Source: Candidatus Enterosoma sp. (GTDB lineage Bacteria; Bacillota_I; Bacilli_A; RFN20; CAG-288). Taken from it: DNA of 48,867 nt. The position numbers and the translations under genes were made by a program. The stretch spans positions 1-48,867 of the forward strand of contig JBNMLQ010000002.1 of the NCBI GenBank assembly GCA_050874925.1, in the 5' to 3' direction. The notes below the pieces were generated by a model, which saw only the letters and a list, made by a program, of their open reading frames with translations, had not been told where the DNA came from and did no database searches. The number at the start of each line of letters is the position of its first letter. Positions within the stretch are counted from its first letter, which is position 1. This document shows, piece by piece, positions 35,078 through 45,144 of this stretch.

Positions 35078-37275
35078 TCAAAGTATATATCGGAAGGCAG
35101 GTCATCGCCTTGGATAGACCCTTCTCCTATTACAGCCTGGAGGAAGACATCCATCAGGGAATGAGAGTCCTTGTCCCTTTTGCTTCCAGCAAGGAAACCA
35201 TCGGATTTGTCATCGAAGAACCCGTGAAAATCGAAGAAAGCCTGGAGGAATATCAAAAGAAGAATTCCTTGAAGCTTGCCAGGATAACAAAGAAGGTCGA
35301 TAGCGAGGCCCTGCTTGATGACAAGATGATTTCCCTTGCCAGGAAGATCTCCGACTATTATCAAACCGACCTCATCAAAGTCCTCAACACCATGCTTCCT
35401 CCGAGTCTCAAGCCAAAGAACTCCGCCTTGAACAAACCACAGGGAAAATTCGCTACATTCGTCTTTGCCAATGACATCTCCATCGCCTTAAAGAAGAACG
35501 AAGAGACTCTCTACCATAAAATCAAAGCCTGCAAGGATGGTGTAAGGCTTAGCAAGATCACGGCAAAGAAGACCCTTGAGAAGCTTCTTTCCTATAACGC
35601 CCTCAGGAAGGAAGAAGTTCCGGTATCCAGGATTCCACAGATGGAGGCTGCTTCGCTTCTTCCTTTCGATCTGACCTTGCAACAGGAGAACGCCTATCAG
35701 ACAATCATGGAGAGAAAAGACAGAAACGTCTTTCTTTTGGAAGGCGTCACCGGTTCAGGAAAGACGGAAGTCTATATCAGATTATGCGAAACTTATCTTA
35801 AAAAAGGCAAAGGCGTCCTGGTCCTCTTTCCCGAAATTGCCTTGACCGACCATATGGTCAACATGTTCTTGGGTCACTTTCCGGAGTCTGTATCCGTCCT
35901 CAATTCTTCTCTTTCCGACAGCCGGAAATATGATGAATACATGAAAATTCTCCATGGTGAAAGCAAGATTGTCCTTGGTACGCGAAGTGCTGTCTTTGCA
36001 CCTGTATCGGATCTTGGGCTGATCATCATCGATGAAGAACACTCCTCTTCCTATAAGCAGGACAGCCAGCCATATTATGATGCCATCGAAGTAGCCAAGA
36101 TGAGATGCGAAGAAAATGGCAAGGTCGTATTGGGTTCCGCTACACCGAGAATCATCGACCGTGCGAGAGCTGAAAAGGGTCTTTATGTACCGGTGTACAT
36201 GACCCAGAGATATGCAAAGAATCAGGAAAAGGATCTGACGATAGTCGATATGAACAACTCCGCATGCCTCAATCCGATGATTTCCAGCATGATTTCCATT
36301 CCTCTTCAGGAGGAGATCACCAAGACCCTGAAGGCCCATCAGCAGGCTATGATTCTCCTCAACAGACGCGGATATGCCCCCTTGTTCATCTGTCGGAACT
36401 GCCATCAGAGTGCTCTTTGTCCAAACTGTGGCATCCCTTTGAATTACCATCGAAGAGATGACACTCTACGCTGCCATCACTGCGGATACAAGGTCAGCAG
36501 CGTGGATTACACCTGTTCATGCAAAAGCCATGACTTCCTGACCCTCGGATATGGGACGGAAAAGGTCATGGAGGAGCTGAAGATGCTCTACCCGATGGCT
36601 AAGATCGCCCGTCTTGACAGCGATGTCAGCAACAATGAAGTCAGGCACGAACTTTTGGAAAGCTTCAGAAACGGAGACACCGACATCCTCATCGGCACCC
36701 AAGTCATCGCCAAGGGTCACGACTTCCCAAAGGTCACCCTGGCTGCCATGCTGGACTGCGATTCCTCTCTTCGCTTACCAAGCTACCTAGCCAATGAGGA
36801 AACCTTCGACTTAATCTGTCAATTCGTAGGAAGGACAGGAAGAAAAGACCTCAAGGGCAGGGTACTCCTTCAGACCTATGCCCCGGATAACAAGACCATC
36901 CAACTTGCTGCAAAGCAGGATTATGAAGCCTTCTATCGTCTGGAGATGGAGGAGCGGAGAAAATATCTCTATCCACCCTATGTCTATCTGACTCAGATCA
37001 TCGTCAAGGCACTGGACGCAAAAAGATGTGAGGAAGTAGCCATCCGGGTAAAGGAATACCTCCTTTCTGCCATCGGGAACAGGAAATTCAACATCTACGG
37101 ACCATCTTTGCCCTACATTCCTCATATCAACGGAAGATATTATCGCAATATTTTGATAAAATATAAGAACCCGGAAGAAGCCAAGGAAGTCTTCCGCGGA
37201 CTGAGAGCCATCAGACTTGCCAACAAGGATGCCGAAATCCTGATCAATGTCGACCCTGGCAATGAAGGCTTCTAG
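35065..37275 (+). CDS. priA: primosomal protein N' (replication restart helicase PriA)
   Basis: Walker A GVTGSGKTEVY, DEEH box, Cys-rich zinc region CRNCHQSALCPNCGIPLNYHRRDDTLRCHHCG. Confidence 0.93.
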   Translation: MFYLVKVYIGRQVIALDRPFSYYSLEEDIHQGMRVLVPFASSKETIGFVIEEPVKIEESLEEYQKKNSLKLARITKKVDSEALLDDKMISLARKISDYYQTDLIKVLNTMLPPSLKPKNSALNKPQGKFATFVFANDISIALKKNEETLYHKIKACKDGVRLSKITAKKTLEKLLSYNALRKEEVPVSRIPQMEAASLLPFDLTLQQENAYQTIMERKDRNVFLLEGVTGSGKTEVYIRLCETYLKKGKGVLVLFPEIALTDHMVNMFLGHFPESVSVLNSSLSDSRKYDEYMKILHGESKIVLGTRSAVFAPVSDLGLIIIDEEHSSSYKQDSQPYYDAIEVAKMRCEENGKVVLGSATPRIIDRARAEKGLYVPVYMTQRYAKNQEKDLTIVDMNNSACLNPMISSMISIPLQEEITKTLKAHQQAMILLNRRGYAPLFICRNCHQSALCPNCGIPLNYHRRDDTLRCHHCGYKVSSVDYTCSCKSHDFLTLGYGTEKVMEELKMLYPMAKIARLDSDVSNNEVRHELLESFRNGDTDILIGTQVIAKGHDFPKVTLAAMLDCDSSLRLPSYLANEETFDLICQFVGRTGRKDLKGRVLLQTYAPDNKTIQLAAKQDYEAFYRLEMEERRKYLYPPYVYLTQIIVKALDAKRCEEVAIRVKEYLLSAIGNRKFNIYGPSLPYIPHINGRYYRNILIKYKNPEEAKEVFRGLRAIRLANKDAEILINVDPGNEGF

Positions 37276-37288
37276 AAAGGAACATACC

Positions 37289-37897
37289 ATGATTATCGTA
37301 TCTTTACTCGGAATGGATCGCTATGAGGCGATCGAAAAGACAAAGAAGCTTCACCAAAGACTTGTCGAAGCCTATGGAATAGAAGACAACGAACTCGAAT
37401 TCTTTGCTCCGGATTCATTCATCATCCATGACGGCATGGAGCAGACCTCCTTCCGTCTGAACGTCAAGGTGGAAGCCCCCTTCGACGATCAGGACAAGGA
37501 AGATATCGTCAAGGACATCATCTTCGATGAACTCAAGGATCTTGCCATCCACATCCGTGTCCTCTTCACTTACTTCGATACGGAGCACGAATATCTCAAG
37601 ATCGACGACTCCTACCCGGAATATATGAGTGAGAAAAACACCGTCAAGGCTGACTGCCATGACGATGATGACGATGAAGAGACAAGGCAGGATGAAGAAG
37701 AAACCTATGATGAACCCTACATGGGTGACATCATCTCCGAATTCGACGAGTATATCAAGAAGCATCCTAACGCAACCAACGAAGAAGTCTATCAGGCATT
37801 ATCCGGCATCCGTGAAAAGGTCACGGCCAGCCATCACGAAGACAGTGAGGAAGAGGACGATGCCATCGACGACTTCGGCAACGATCAGAACGACTAG
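37289..37897 (+). CDS. hypothetical protein with highly acidic C-terminal half
   Basis: AAAGGAA RBS. Small alpha/beta-looking N-terminal domain followed by D/E runs (HDDDDDEETRQDEEE, SEEEDDAIDD). Confidence 0.6.
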   Translation: MIIVSLLGMDRYEAIEKTKKLHQRLVEAYGIEDNELEFFAPDSFIIHDGMEQTSFRLNVKVEAPFDDQDKEDIVKDIIFDELKDLAIHIRVLFTYFDTEHEYLKIDDSYPEYMSEKNTVKADCHDDDDDEETRQDEEETYDEPYMGDIISEFDEYIKKHPNATNEEVYQALSGIREKVTASHHEDSEEEDDAIDDFGNDQND

Positions 37898-37919
37898 CCT
37901 GGGAAACCAGGCTTTTTCT
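37896..37919 (+). terminator. rho-independent terminator
   Basis: AGCCTGG-GAAA-CCAGGCT hairpin followed by TTTTT. Confidence 0.8.
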
Positions 37920-38054
37920 GTATTCGAGTAGGGTAGGAATATAGTATATCTACAGTTTTAATTCCTTTTCAGGCCTGATGCCATCTACGTTGTCATCCGA
38001 CAATCAGACATACAAAAAGACTACAAAAAGCAAGACAGTCTATCAAAATCCTGT

Positions 38055-38082
38055 CTTAAAAAGCCTGGCATCAAACCAGGCT
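38055..38082 (-). terminator. rho-independent terminator (minus strand)
   Basis: AGCCTGG-N7-CCAGGCT with a T5 run on the minus strand. A second hairpin AAGACAG/CTGTCTT follows at about 38026-38055. Confidence 0.7.
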
Positions 38083-38476
38083 ATGCATCCGGACTTTCGA
38101 TTTCTCCCAGGTCAGCCACATCGAAGCTTCCATAAGAGAAGGACAATGTCACATCATTGTCTTCTTCATTGAAATTGGTTCCTTCCAATTCAAGGAAGAG
38201 ATGTGTTTTTGTATCTTCTGCCTTGATGGTCTTATAGTTGTCACATTCCTCTCCTTGGAAGGAATAGTCCTTCACATCGTGGAAAGTGATGCGGAAGAGG
38301 TGTCCGTTAAGACCGCTGCAGCAGTCGTCATGGTCCTCCTCGTCATGTTCATCCTCATCCTCATGTTCTTCGTTGTCTCCTACGACAAGAAGGGAGAGTA
38401 CGTCTCCATCGAATCCGAAGCGGATCACTTCGCATTCCATGAGACATCCCAGATCCGTAAAATCATTTGCTGTCAT
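38081..38476 (-). CDS. hypothetical acidic protein with His/Asp/Glu/Cys-rich insert
   Basis: Good coding appearance. NEEHEDEDEHDEEDHDDCC tract. Start overlaps the upstream gene by 14 nt. Confidence 0.6.
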   Translation of the reverse strand: MTANDFTDLGCLMECEVIRFGFDGDVLSLLVVGDNEEHEDEDEHDEEDHDDCCSGLNGHLFRITFHDVKDYSFQGEECDNYKTIKAEDTKTHLFLELEGTNFNEEDNDVTLSFSYGSFDVADLGEIESPDA

Positions 38477-38831
38477 TTTCTTTTTCTTCTTTGATGATGA
38501 CGGTCCTGCCGTTGATGATTTCCTTCTTCACAACCTTCGGATGCTCGACCTTCTTGATGAATCCGACATAGACAAAGACGACAAGAAGAATCGCCGTCAG
38601 TACCCAAAAGAGAATCAACACGGAGATATCGGCTGAAGTAGGCCCGACTTCTTCAAGGGTATTCTTATACTGGGAACTGTCTCCGAAAAGAGTATATCCC
38701 TGAGAGAGCTTGACTGAGAAGCTGATAGAGAAATATAGCAGCAATGCCAAAGTGAGGCCAAAAAAGCCAAGGGCGATGTAATCATCCCTGTTCATCTGTC
38801 TGAATCGTTCTAGATAATGTTTCTTTTCCAT
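38463..38831 (-). CDS. hypothetical 2-TM membrane protein
   Basis: Two hydrophobic segments. Translationally coupled to 38081-38476. Confidence 0.6.
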   Translation of the reverse strand: MEKKHYLERFRQMNRDDYIALGFFGLTLALLLYFSISFSVKLSQGYTLFGDSSQYKNTLEEVGPTSADISVLILFWVLTAILLVVFVYVGFIKKVEHPKVVKKEIINGRTVIIKEEKENDSK

Positions 38832-38913
38832 AGGACTTCATTGTAGCATAAAACAAAGGTCAGTCGAAGAGAAAATCATGACAAAAGGCTATCTTTCGAT
38901 AGCCTCATGTCAT

Positions 38914-39642
38914 TTAAAGATCAGCGTTGTTGTAGACGGCCTGGACGTCTTCGATTTCGTCCATGTCTTCGAGCAGCTTTTCGAGCTTGTCCTTGTCCTC
39001 ATCGGAGATGTGGACACGGTCACCGCTCGGGATGTAGGTGTTCTCGCACTGGGTGAGTCCATCTTCGCCGAGGTTGAAATCAGCGACACAGACTTCTCTG
39101 GCATGGTCAAGTCCTTCCGGAGAGACCTGAAGAACAACGGTGGTATCATCCTTTTCGATATCCTGGAGATCGACTTCATTCATGATGAGGTCTTCTTCGA
39201 TTTCATCGAGAGACTTGTCGGATTCGAAGGAGATGACACCCATGTACTTGAAGTTGAAGGCAGCAGAGCCGGAGTTTCCGACCTTTCCGCCATGGTGAGA
39301 GAAGCATGCCCTGACAGCAGAGAAAGCTCTCTTTTCATTGTCGGTCAAAGTGTCGACCATGATGGCAACTCCGCCAGGACCGAAACCTTCATATCTTCCG
39401 GCGACGAAAGCGGCAGCATCCTTGTCCTTGGCCTTGGCGATAGCTCTGTCAATGACATCACGGGTGACATGCTGAGCCTTCCACTTTTCGATGGCGGATC
39501 TCAAAGCGAGGTTATCTTTGGGGTCAGGGACACCGGACTTTGCGGCAAGATAGATTTCCTTGCTGGCTCTGTTGTACAATGCAGATTTGGCTGCATTGGT
39601 TTGAGCAATCTTCTTTGCTCTGACTTCGTGTGCTCTACCCAT
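38914..39642 (-). CDS. yebC: YebC/PmpR-family transcriptional regulator
   Basis: About 240 aa. MGRAHEVRAKK..IYLAAKSG N-terminus and overall YebC/YeeN pattern. Confidence 0.85.
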   Translation of the reverse strand: MGRAHEVRAKKIAQTNAAKSALYNRASKEIYLAAKSGVPDPKDNLALRSAIEKWKAQHVTRDVIDRAIAKAKDKDAAAFVAGRYEGFGPGGVAIMVDTLTDNEKRAFSAVRACFSHHGGKVGNSGSAAFNFKYMGVISFESDKSLDEIEEDLIMNEVDLQDIEKDDTTVVLQVSPEGLDHAREVCVADFNLGEDGLTQCENTYIPSGDRVHISDEDKDKLEKLLEDMDEIEDVQAVYNNADL

Positions 39643-39741
39643 AGTTTTTACCTCTTTTTATTATAATTCTGTTATCGATGCACAAAAAAATGCATGACTC
39701 ACTTATTATAGGAACATCATAGGCTCTCTTCAAGAAAAAAA

Positions 39742-42525
39742 TCACTCGCTGCGCAATGCATCGACAGGATTCTGCCTGCCAGCCTTCAGGGAAGGAATCC
39801 ATGCGGCAATCATTCCGACAACGACAGAGAAGGCTGTCACGATCAGCCAATGATACCAGACGAAGTCCGATATCGTTCCGACATGGTAATTCGGATAATA
39901 GCAATTGAGAAGGGCATTGATGGGGAAGGATAAGACATAGGTGAAGAAGCTTCCGATGATGCCTGTCAATGTTCCGACGATGAGGGATTCGATTTCAAAG
40001 ATCCTGACGACATCACTCTTCCTGGAACCTAGGGAACGGAGCAATCCAATCTCTTTTTTCCTTTCCAGGACATTGTTGGAAGTAAGAAGTGCCGTCATGG
40101 CCGAACTGACGACAAGGGAAATAGCAGCAAAGATGAGAAGGATGATAGAAGCCAAGGATATCATCTCACCGATATCCTCAAGCATATAATTGGCTTCGGA
40201 AGAGACATAATAGACCTGCTCCTGGTCATTGGTAGCATGGTCAGGGTTCCCATCGATGCTGTTGAATGCATCCAGTTTTTCAAGAAGAAGGGATCGGTCC
40301 GTCAATGTCATCGGGAAGATGACGATGCTCTGGATGCTGCTATAGGCATTGGCATAGCTGATGACGGAGATGACACTCTGATATGTCTTTTCGATGTCTC
40401 CCTGAAGATAGGAGTTCATGATGCTTTCAAGCTGGGCCTGGATGACGTTCTCATCCGAAAGGTCTTTTCCGATGAGTTCATCCATGACAAGGCTTGCCCC
40501 ATGGGTCCTGGCCTCCTTCAAGAAGGTCGAAAAGCCATTGTAATAGAAATTACCCCTCACAAACGGATAATAGCAGAAATACCTGTTGAAGACTTCATTC
40601 AGGGCATTGGTCGGAAGGATGCTGCTTTCTCCGCTTTTATAGTCCTTCAGCACATCCTGAAGGTCCTGGATGAAAGAAGACAGAAGCTCTGTCTCCGACT
40701 TTCCGGTATCCTTCCTGAAGAGAAGGTTCTGATGTATGGTATTGCTCACCATGGACTTTGCATTGTCCGCCGTCAGGCTCTCCTGGAGAGAAGGAAGATA
40801 GCACAATGCGGTATTCAGGATGTTGATGGAGGAAGTAGACTTCGGACGGAGGATGCCTTTGATTCTCAGCTCTGTGCCATGGTTCTCATAGAATTCCTGG
40901 TTCAATTCGTTTTCGCTGTAATAGGTGACCTGTTTGTCATTGCCAAGCCCGTCCTTGACAGTCACAGTCTCATTCAGGGCATACCGTTCATCATTGGAGA
41001 AGACCTTATATGTCTTAGGAGACTTGCCGTTTTCTTCATTTCCGACGATATCCTCGAATTTGATCGGCTGGACCTTGGTCTTCAGGCTTTCGTCTTCTAC
41101 ATCCTGTTGGGTATCGCTGCTGCTATAGAAGCCTAATCTCTGAAGGATCCGGAAGCTGACGGAATTGTATTTGTCTACGACAAGGACAAGGTCGTTCTTG
41201 TCTGTCGGAAGGCTTCCTGCAATCACATCATACTGATCCAGGTTTCCATATAAGACATGGAAGATATTGTAAGGAAGCGTAGAGGAATAAGCATAGGAAT
41301 TGTAGTTTGTGTAAGTCGTATCGACATAGGAAAGACTTTCCTTCTTGTTCCCTGACTTGGAAGCAGGAAACATCGTTGCCAGGTTGAAGGAATAGTCATT
41401 GCCATAGCTTTCGATATATTCTCTGACGATGCCTTCTTTCTTGAGGCTGTCCAGATAGGAGAAATACTTGGCCGAGAAATGATTGTAGGTATAGGAAGTC
41501 TCGCTTCCGACATCCACCTTTGGATAGATTTCATCTACATCTGGATAGAGAGCCGAGGCATTCTTCTCTCCATAGCTTTCAGACTGGTTCTTCTGGTTGT
41601 AGCTAGGAACGACAACCGGAAGGCTTGTCGCCGTCTCGCTGTTGATGCGATAGGAATAGTTGCCGAAGCCTGTATTGATGGCCAAGAAAAAGCCGATGCC
41701 GATCATACCAAAGGAATTGGCAATACCGGAAAGAATGGTCTTCCATTTTCTGGATATGACATTCTTCATGGCCAGCTTGAAGCTCATGAAGAAGGACAGT
41801 CTGCTTTTTCTCAGTTCGGTCTTCTTTTCAATCTTTATATCCTTCTTTTCAATGGTTTCATCGGAAACAAGCTTTCCATCCTTCATGGAGATGATTCTGT
41901 CGGAATACTCTTTGGCAAGCTCTTCGTTATGAGTCACCATGATGACAAGACGGTTCTTGCTCAGTTCCTTGAGGAGGGACATGATGCTAAGGGAATTGGC
42001 ACTGTCCAGAGCACCTGTCGGTTCATCTGCCAAGATCACCCTGGGATCCGTGACAAGGCATCTGGCGATAGCGACACGCTGAGCCTGACCACCGGAAAGC
42101 TGGTTTGGCTTCTTGTCTTTCAAATCCAGGACACCGACCTGCTTCAAGGCATCCAAGGCCATGGATGTGATTTCCTTGTCCGGATAATCACGGACTTCCA
42201 AGGCCACCTTGACATTGTCAAGGACGCTGAGCTGAGGTATCAGATAATAATTCTGGAAGACAAAGCCGATGACGTTGTTGCGATAGCTGTTTTTCTTCTT
42301 GTCATCCATCTCTCTCAGAGAACAGCCATCGAAAAGGATGTCTCCGGAATCGAAGGAATCCAGTCCGCCGATACAGTTGAGAAGGGTCGTCTTTCCGCAT
42401 CCGCTCGGACCGAGGACGGAGACAAATTGGACATCGGGAAAGTCCAAGGACAGATCCTCGATGGCACGATACGGTTTCTTATCGACGAAATAGTCCTTCT
42501 TCAGATGGGTGATTTCAAGCATCAA
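39742..42525 (-). CDS. fused ABC transporter ATPase / FtsX-MacB-type permease with a roughly 480-aa extracytoplasmic domain
   Basis: Walker A GPSGCGKTT, signature LSGGQAQR, Walker B LADEPTGALD. Then TM1, a long hydrophilic domain and three C-terminal TMs (FtsX topology). Confidence 0.88.
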   Translation of the reverse strand: MMLEITHLKKDYFVDKKPYRAIEDLSLDFPDVQFVSVLGPSGCGKTTLLNCIGGLDSFDSGDILFDGCSLREMDDKKKNSYRNNVIGFVFQNYYLIPQLSVLDNVKVALEVRDYPDKEITSMALDALKQVGVLDLKDKKPNQLSGGQAQRVAIARCLVTDPRVILADEPTGALDSANSLSIMSLLKELSKNRLVIMVTHNEELAKEYSDRIISMKDGKLVSDETIEKKDIKIEKKTELRKSRLSFFMSFKLAMKNVISRKWKTILSGIANSFGMIGIGFFLAINTGFGNYSYRINSETATSLPVVVPSYNQKNQSESYGEKNASALYPDVDEIYPKVDVGSETSYTYNHFSAKYFSYLDSLKKEGIVREYIESYGNDYSFNLATMFPASKSGNKKESLSYVDTTYTNYNSYAYSSTLPYNIFHVLYGNLDQYDVIAGSLPTDKNDLVLVVDKYNSVSFRILQRLGFYSSSDTQQDVEDESLKTKVQPIKFEDIVGNEENGKSPKTYKVFSNDERYALNETVTVKDGLGNDKQVTYYSENELNQEFYENHGTELRIKGILRPKSTSSINILNTALCYLPSLQESLTADNAKSMVSNTIHQNLLFRKDTGKSETELLSSFIQDLQDVLKDYKSGESSILPTNALNEVFNRYFCYYPFVRGNFYYNGFSTFLKEARTHGASLVMDELIGKDLSDENVIQAQLESIMNSYLQGDIEKTYQSVISVISYANAYSSIQSIVIFPMTLTDRSLLLEKLDAFNSIDGNPDHATNDQEQVYYVSSEANYMLEDIGEMISLASIILLIFAAISLVVSSAMTALLTSNNVLERKKEIGLLRSLGSRKSDVVRIFEIESLIVGTLTGIIGSFFTYVLSFPINALLNCYYPNYHVGTISDFVWYHWLIVTAFSVVVGMIAAWIPSLKAGRQNPVDALRSE

Positions 42526-43172
42526 AGTGCCTCTATTCTCATATTGAGCTCATGACAGGTGACATGATTGGCAGTGGCAATATCCCTCATTTTGGCAAAA
42601 AGGGCTTCGTTGGAATCTTCGATGCCAAGAAGCGGTAGAAGATAATCTTTTGCCTTCCTGCTGACGATGGGGATATCAAAGAAGCCGGCCTTCTCAAAGA
42701 AGATGCAGGACTTCACAAAATAGATTCCGGAAAGATTGGACTTCTTTCTGAAGTTCTCAAGATATCCCAAGACCTGGCTGTCATCCGTGCATTCGAGATA
42801 GACTTCCTTGCGGAAGGAATCGAATGAATCATATCTGGAAAAGAAGCGAGCCGTCAGAAAGACAGCCTGCGTCAGCTTCTTATAGGGAGACGGATTCTTC
42901 GGCTTGAAATGATCTAAGACACGGTTGAGTTGGGCAAGGTACTGTCCGTTGTGAAGGAGCTGCCTTGGATAGTAGTCTTCGAAAAGGTCGCTGAATTCCT
43001 TCTCGTGCTCCTTATAGTCCACGCTCTCAAGCGTCTGTTCGCTGACCTGAAGAAAGGCAAGCAGCTTCGTCAGTTCGGCGATGTTGAAGATTCCCTTTCT
43101 CTTGGGAATCTTCAAATCCTTCGTCCTGTTCTTCAAATCCTGATAGATTTCCTCATAAGTCATTTTCGACAA
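42522..43172 (-). CDS. hypothetical helical protein
   Basis: 4-nt overlap with the ABC gene. The segment SGIYFVKSCIFFEKAGFFDIPIVSRKAKDYL is faintly helix-hairpin-helix-like (weak). Confidence 0.6.
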   Translation of the reverse strand: MSKMTYEEIYQDLKNRTKDLKIPKRKGIFNIAELTKLLAFLQVSEQTLESVDYKEHEKEFSDLFEDYYPRQLLHNGQYLAQLNRVLDHFKPKNPSPYKKLTQAVFLTARFFSRYDSFDSFRKEVYLECTDDSQVLGYLENFRKKSNLSGIYFVKSCIFFEKAGFFDIPIVSRKAKDYLLPLLGIEDSNEALFAKMRDIATANHVTCHELNMRIEAL

Positions 43173-44148
43173 CCTCCATCACAAGGATACAACGATGTGT
43201 GCTGACATACAATATGCCATCCTTTGACCAGATAGACTCGATCGGGTAGTTGAAGTTGGCTACGAAGTCAAAATTGCCATTCTCCGTGGAGATGAGGCTC
43301 AAAGAATACGTCGCACCTGTCTTCTTGGAAGACATCATGACCATATAGGAAGGGGAGATAAGCTCTATGCCATGGATGATTTCCTTCCTCAGCCATTGCT
43401 TGGGAACTTTCATCAGCTCCGGTCCGCTTTGAAGCATGATGCCGGCATCCTGGTCATATTCATCCGAGATGAGGTCGAAGCGATTGAGCTCCTTGAGTCT
43501 TTCATCAAACAGCCTCACTCCGAAATCCGTGATGAAATAGACCTGTTTCTTTTCCTCGTTGATCAGGAAGTTGTCCACATAGAAGGGTGCATCTTCTGCC
43601 AAGGTCATATTTTCATCCTTTGTCATCTCATAGACATGATGGTCTCTTCCGACCAAAAGGAAGGAATCACGGAAAGGAACATAGATGACACGGTCTATGC
43701 ACCTTTCAAAAGGAATCTCATCCACAAGAGACAGATCCTTCAAGGAGTAGATCAAAAGAGAATTATTGGGAGCATCTTCATTTTGGAAGCTGAAATTACC
43801 TCTGAAGTCATCTCCGTTCCTTCCGGAAAGAAGATACAGTTTTCCGTCATGGATCAAGTCTCCATGGTCGACAATCATTCCCTTCTCATAGGCCTTGAGT
43901 TCAAAAAGAGGCTTCCTGTTTTTCAAATCATAGGTCTTATAGCCATGGTCTTCGTTTTTCAATAAAAGGAAATCATCCCCGAACAGCCTCGGCTCGCATC
44001 CCTGATAGAAATCGATGATGGCATCCTTCTCGAGTCCGCTTTCCTTGTCAATAAAGTGAATGCCAAGGAAATCGATGATCAGCATCCAATCCTTATAAGC
44101 GATAACAGCATCGGCCTGGTCATATTTCTTGCAATACCTGAGTTTCAT
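43153..44148 (-). CDS. hypothetical cytoplasmic protein (repetitive beta-strand pattern, possibly propeller-like)
   Basis: AAGGAGAAG RBS. No signal peptide and no recognisable motif. 20-nt overlap with the downstream gene. Confidence 0.6.
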   Translation of the reverse strand: MKLRYCKKYDQADAVIAYKDWMLIIDFLGIHFIDKESGLEKDAIIDFYQGCEPRLFGDDFLLLKNEDHGYKTYDLKNRKPLFELKAYEKGMIVDHGDLIHDGKLYLLSGRNGDDFRGNFSFQNEDAPNNSLLIYSLKDLSLVDEIPFERCIDRVIYVPFRDSFLLVGRDHHVYEMTKDENMTLAEDAPFYVDNFLINEEKKQVYFITDFGVRLFDERLKELNRFDLISDEYDQDAGIMLQSGPELMKVPKQWLRKEIIHGIELISPSYMVMMSSKKTGATYSLSLISTENGNFDFVANFNYPIESIWSKDGILYVSTHRCILVMEVVENDL

Positions 44149-44160
44149 TCTCTTCTCCTT

Positions 44161-45048
44161 TCAATCCGTCTCGTTTAAGAATGTCAGCAGTTCTTCGGCA
44201 TAGGCTTTTTTATCTTCATAGAGAGACATATGCCTGGAATGGGGCATCGTAACCCATTTCTTCTTACACGTCAATGCATCATACATCTTCTTGTTCTGAT
44301 AGAGAGTCGATTCATCATGTTTGCCATGGATCAGGAGAACAGGAACATGAATCAGATGAAGCTTGTCCAGATACTCGTAATCCTTCAGGTTTCCAAGAGG
44401 TTTGAATTCACACGGCCCCCAGGCTGTCATATAGGCTTCTCTTCCGAAGTTCTTCTTCCTGGTCAGGCAGTCTGGATCATCTTTGCCCCATGGGCCTGAA
44501 ACGAAATGATGCATATAGTCTTCCATGGCAGCCTGGAAGGAGGGATCGTCAAAGTTCTGTTCCTTCTCTCCTTTTTCAATCGCTTCTATCTCCTCTTTTG
44601 GAAGCTGTAGAATCAGCCTATGTGTTTCTTTCTCCCATAGGCTTGCACTGGCCAGGGTAGAAGAGAAGACGACTGATTTCACACCTTTTGGCTGATAATC
44701 ACAAAGATAGATGATCTCCAGCATCCCACCCCAGGAATGGCCTAGAAGATGGACTTCATCATATCCAAGATATTTCCTGAGTTCCTCAAGTTCCTTGACC
44801 CATACTTCCTTCCTATATAGCTCAGGATGACCTTCTTCGACATAGGAAAGTCCGCATCCAATCTGATCATACATCAGAAACGGACGGTCATCCTTCTTGG
44901 CTAGGTCATCAAGCAATTCATAGGAATTATGTGTCGATCCCGGTCCTCCGTGAAGAAGGACAAGCGGTGTCTTCCTTCCGTTTGGATTGACGATACGATA
45001 ATACGTCGAATAGCCCATAAAGGGCATATAGCCTTCTTTGATTTCCAT
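44161..45048 (-). CDS. pip: proline iminopeptidase (alpha/beta hydrolase)
   Basis: LLHGGPGS oxyanion motif and GHSWGG nucleophile elbow. Confidence 0.88.
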   Translation of the reverse strand: MEIKEGYMPFMGYSTYYRIVNPNGRKTPLVLLHGGPGSTHNSYELLDDLAKKDDRPFLMYDQIGCGLSYVEEGHPELYRKEVWVKELEELRKYLGYDEVHLLGHSWGGMLEIIYLCDYQPKGVKSVVFSSTLASASLWEKETHRLILQLPKEEIEAIEKGEKEQNFDDPSFQAAMEDYMHHFVSGPWGKDDPDCLTRKKNFGREAYMTAWGPCEFKPLGNLKDYEYLDKLHLIHVPVLLIHGKHDESTLYQNKKMYDALTCKKKWVTMPHSRHMSLYEDKKAYAEELLTFLNETD

Positions 45049-45144
45049 CGTGACTTACTCCTTCATAGATATATTGTCAGCCAAGACTTCCTTCTTCTCA
45101 CCGAAAAGATAAAAAGCGCTTACACATCAAGAATGACATTCTCT

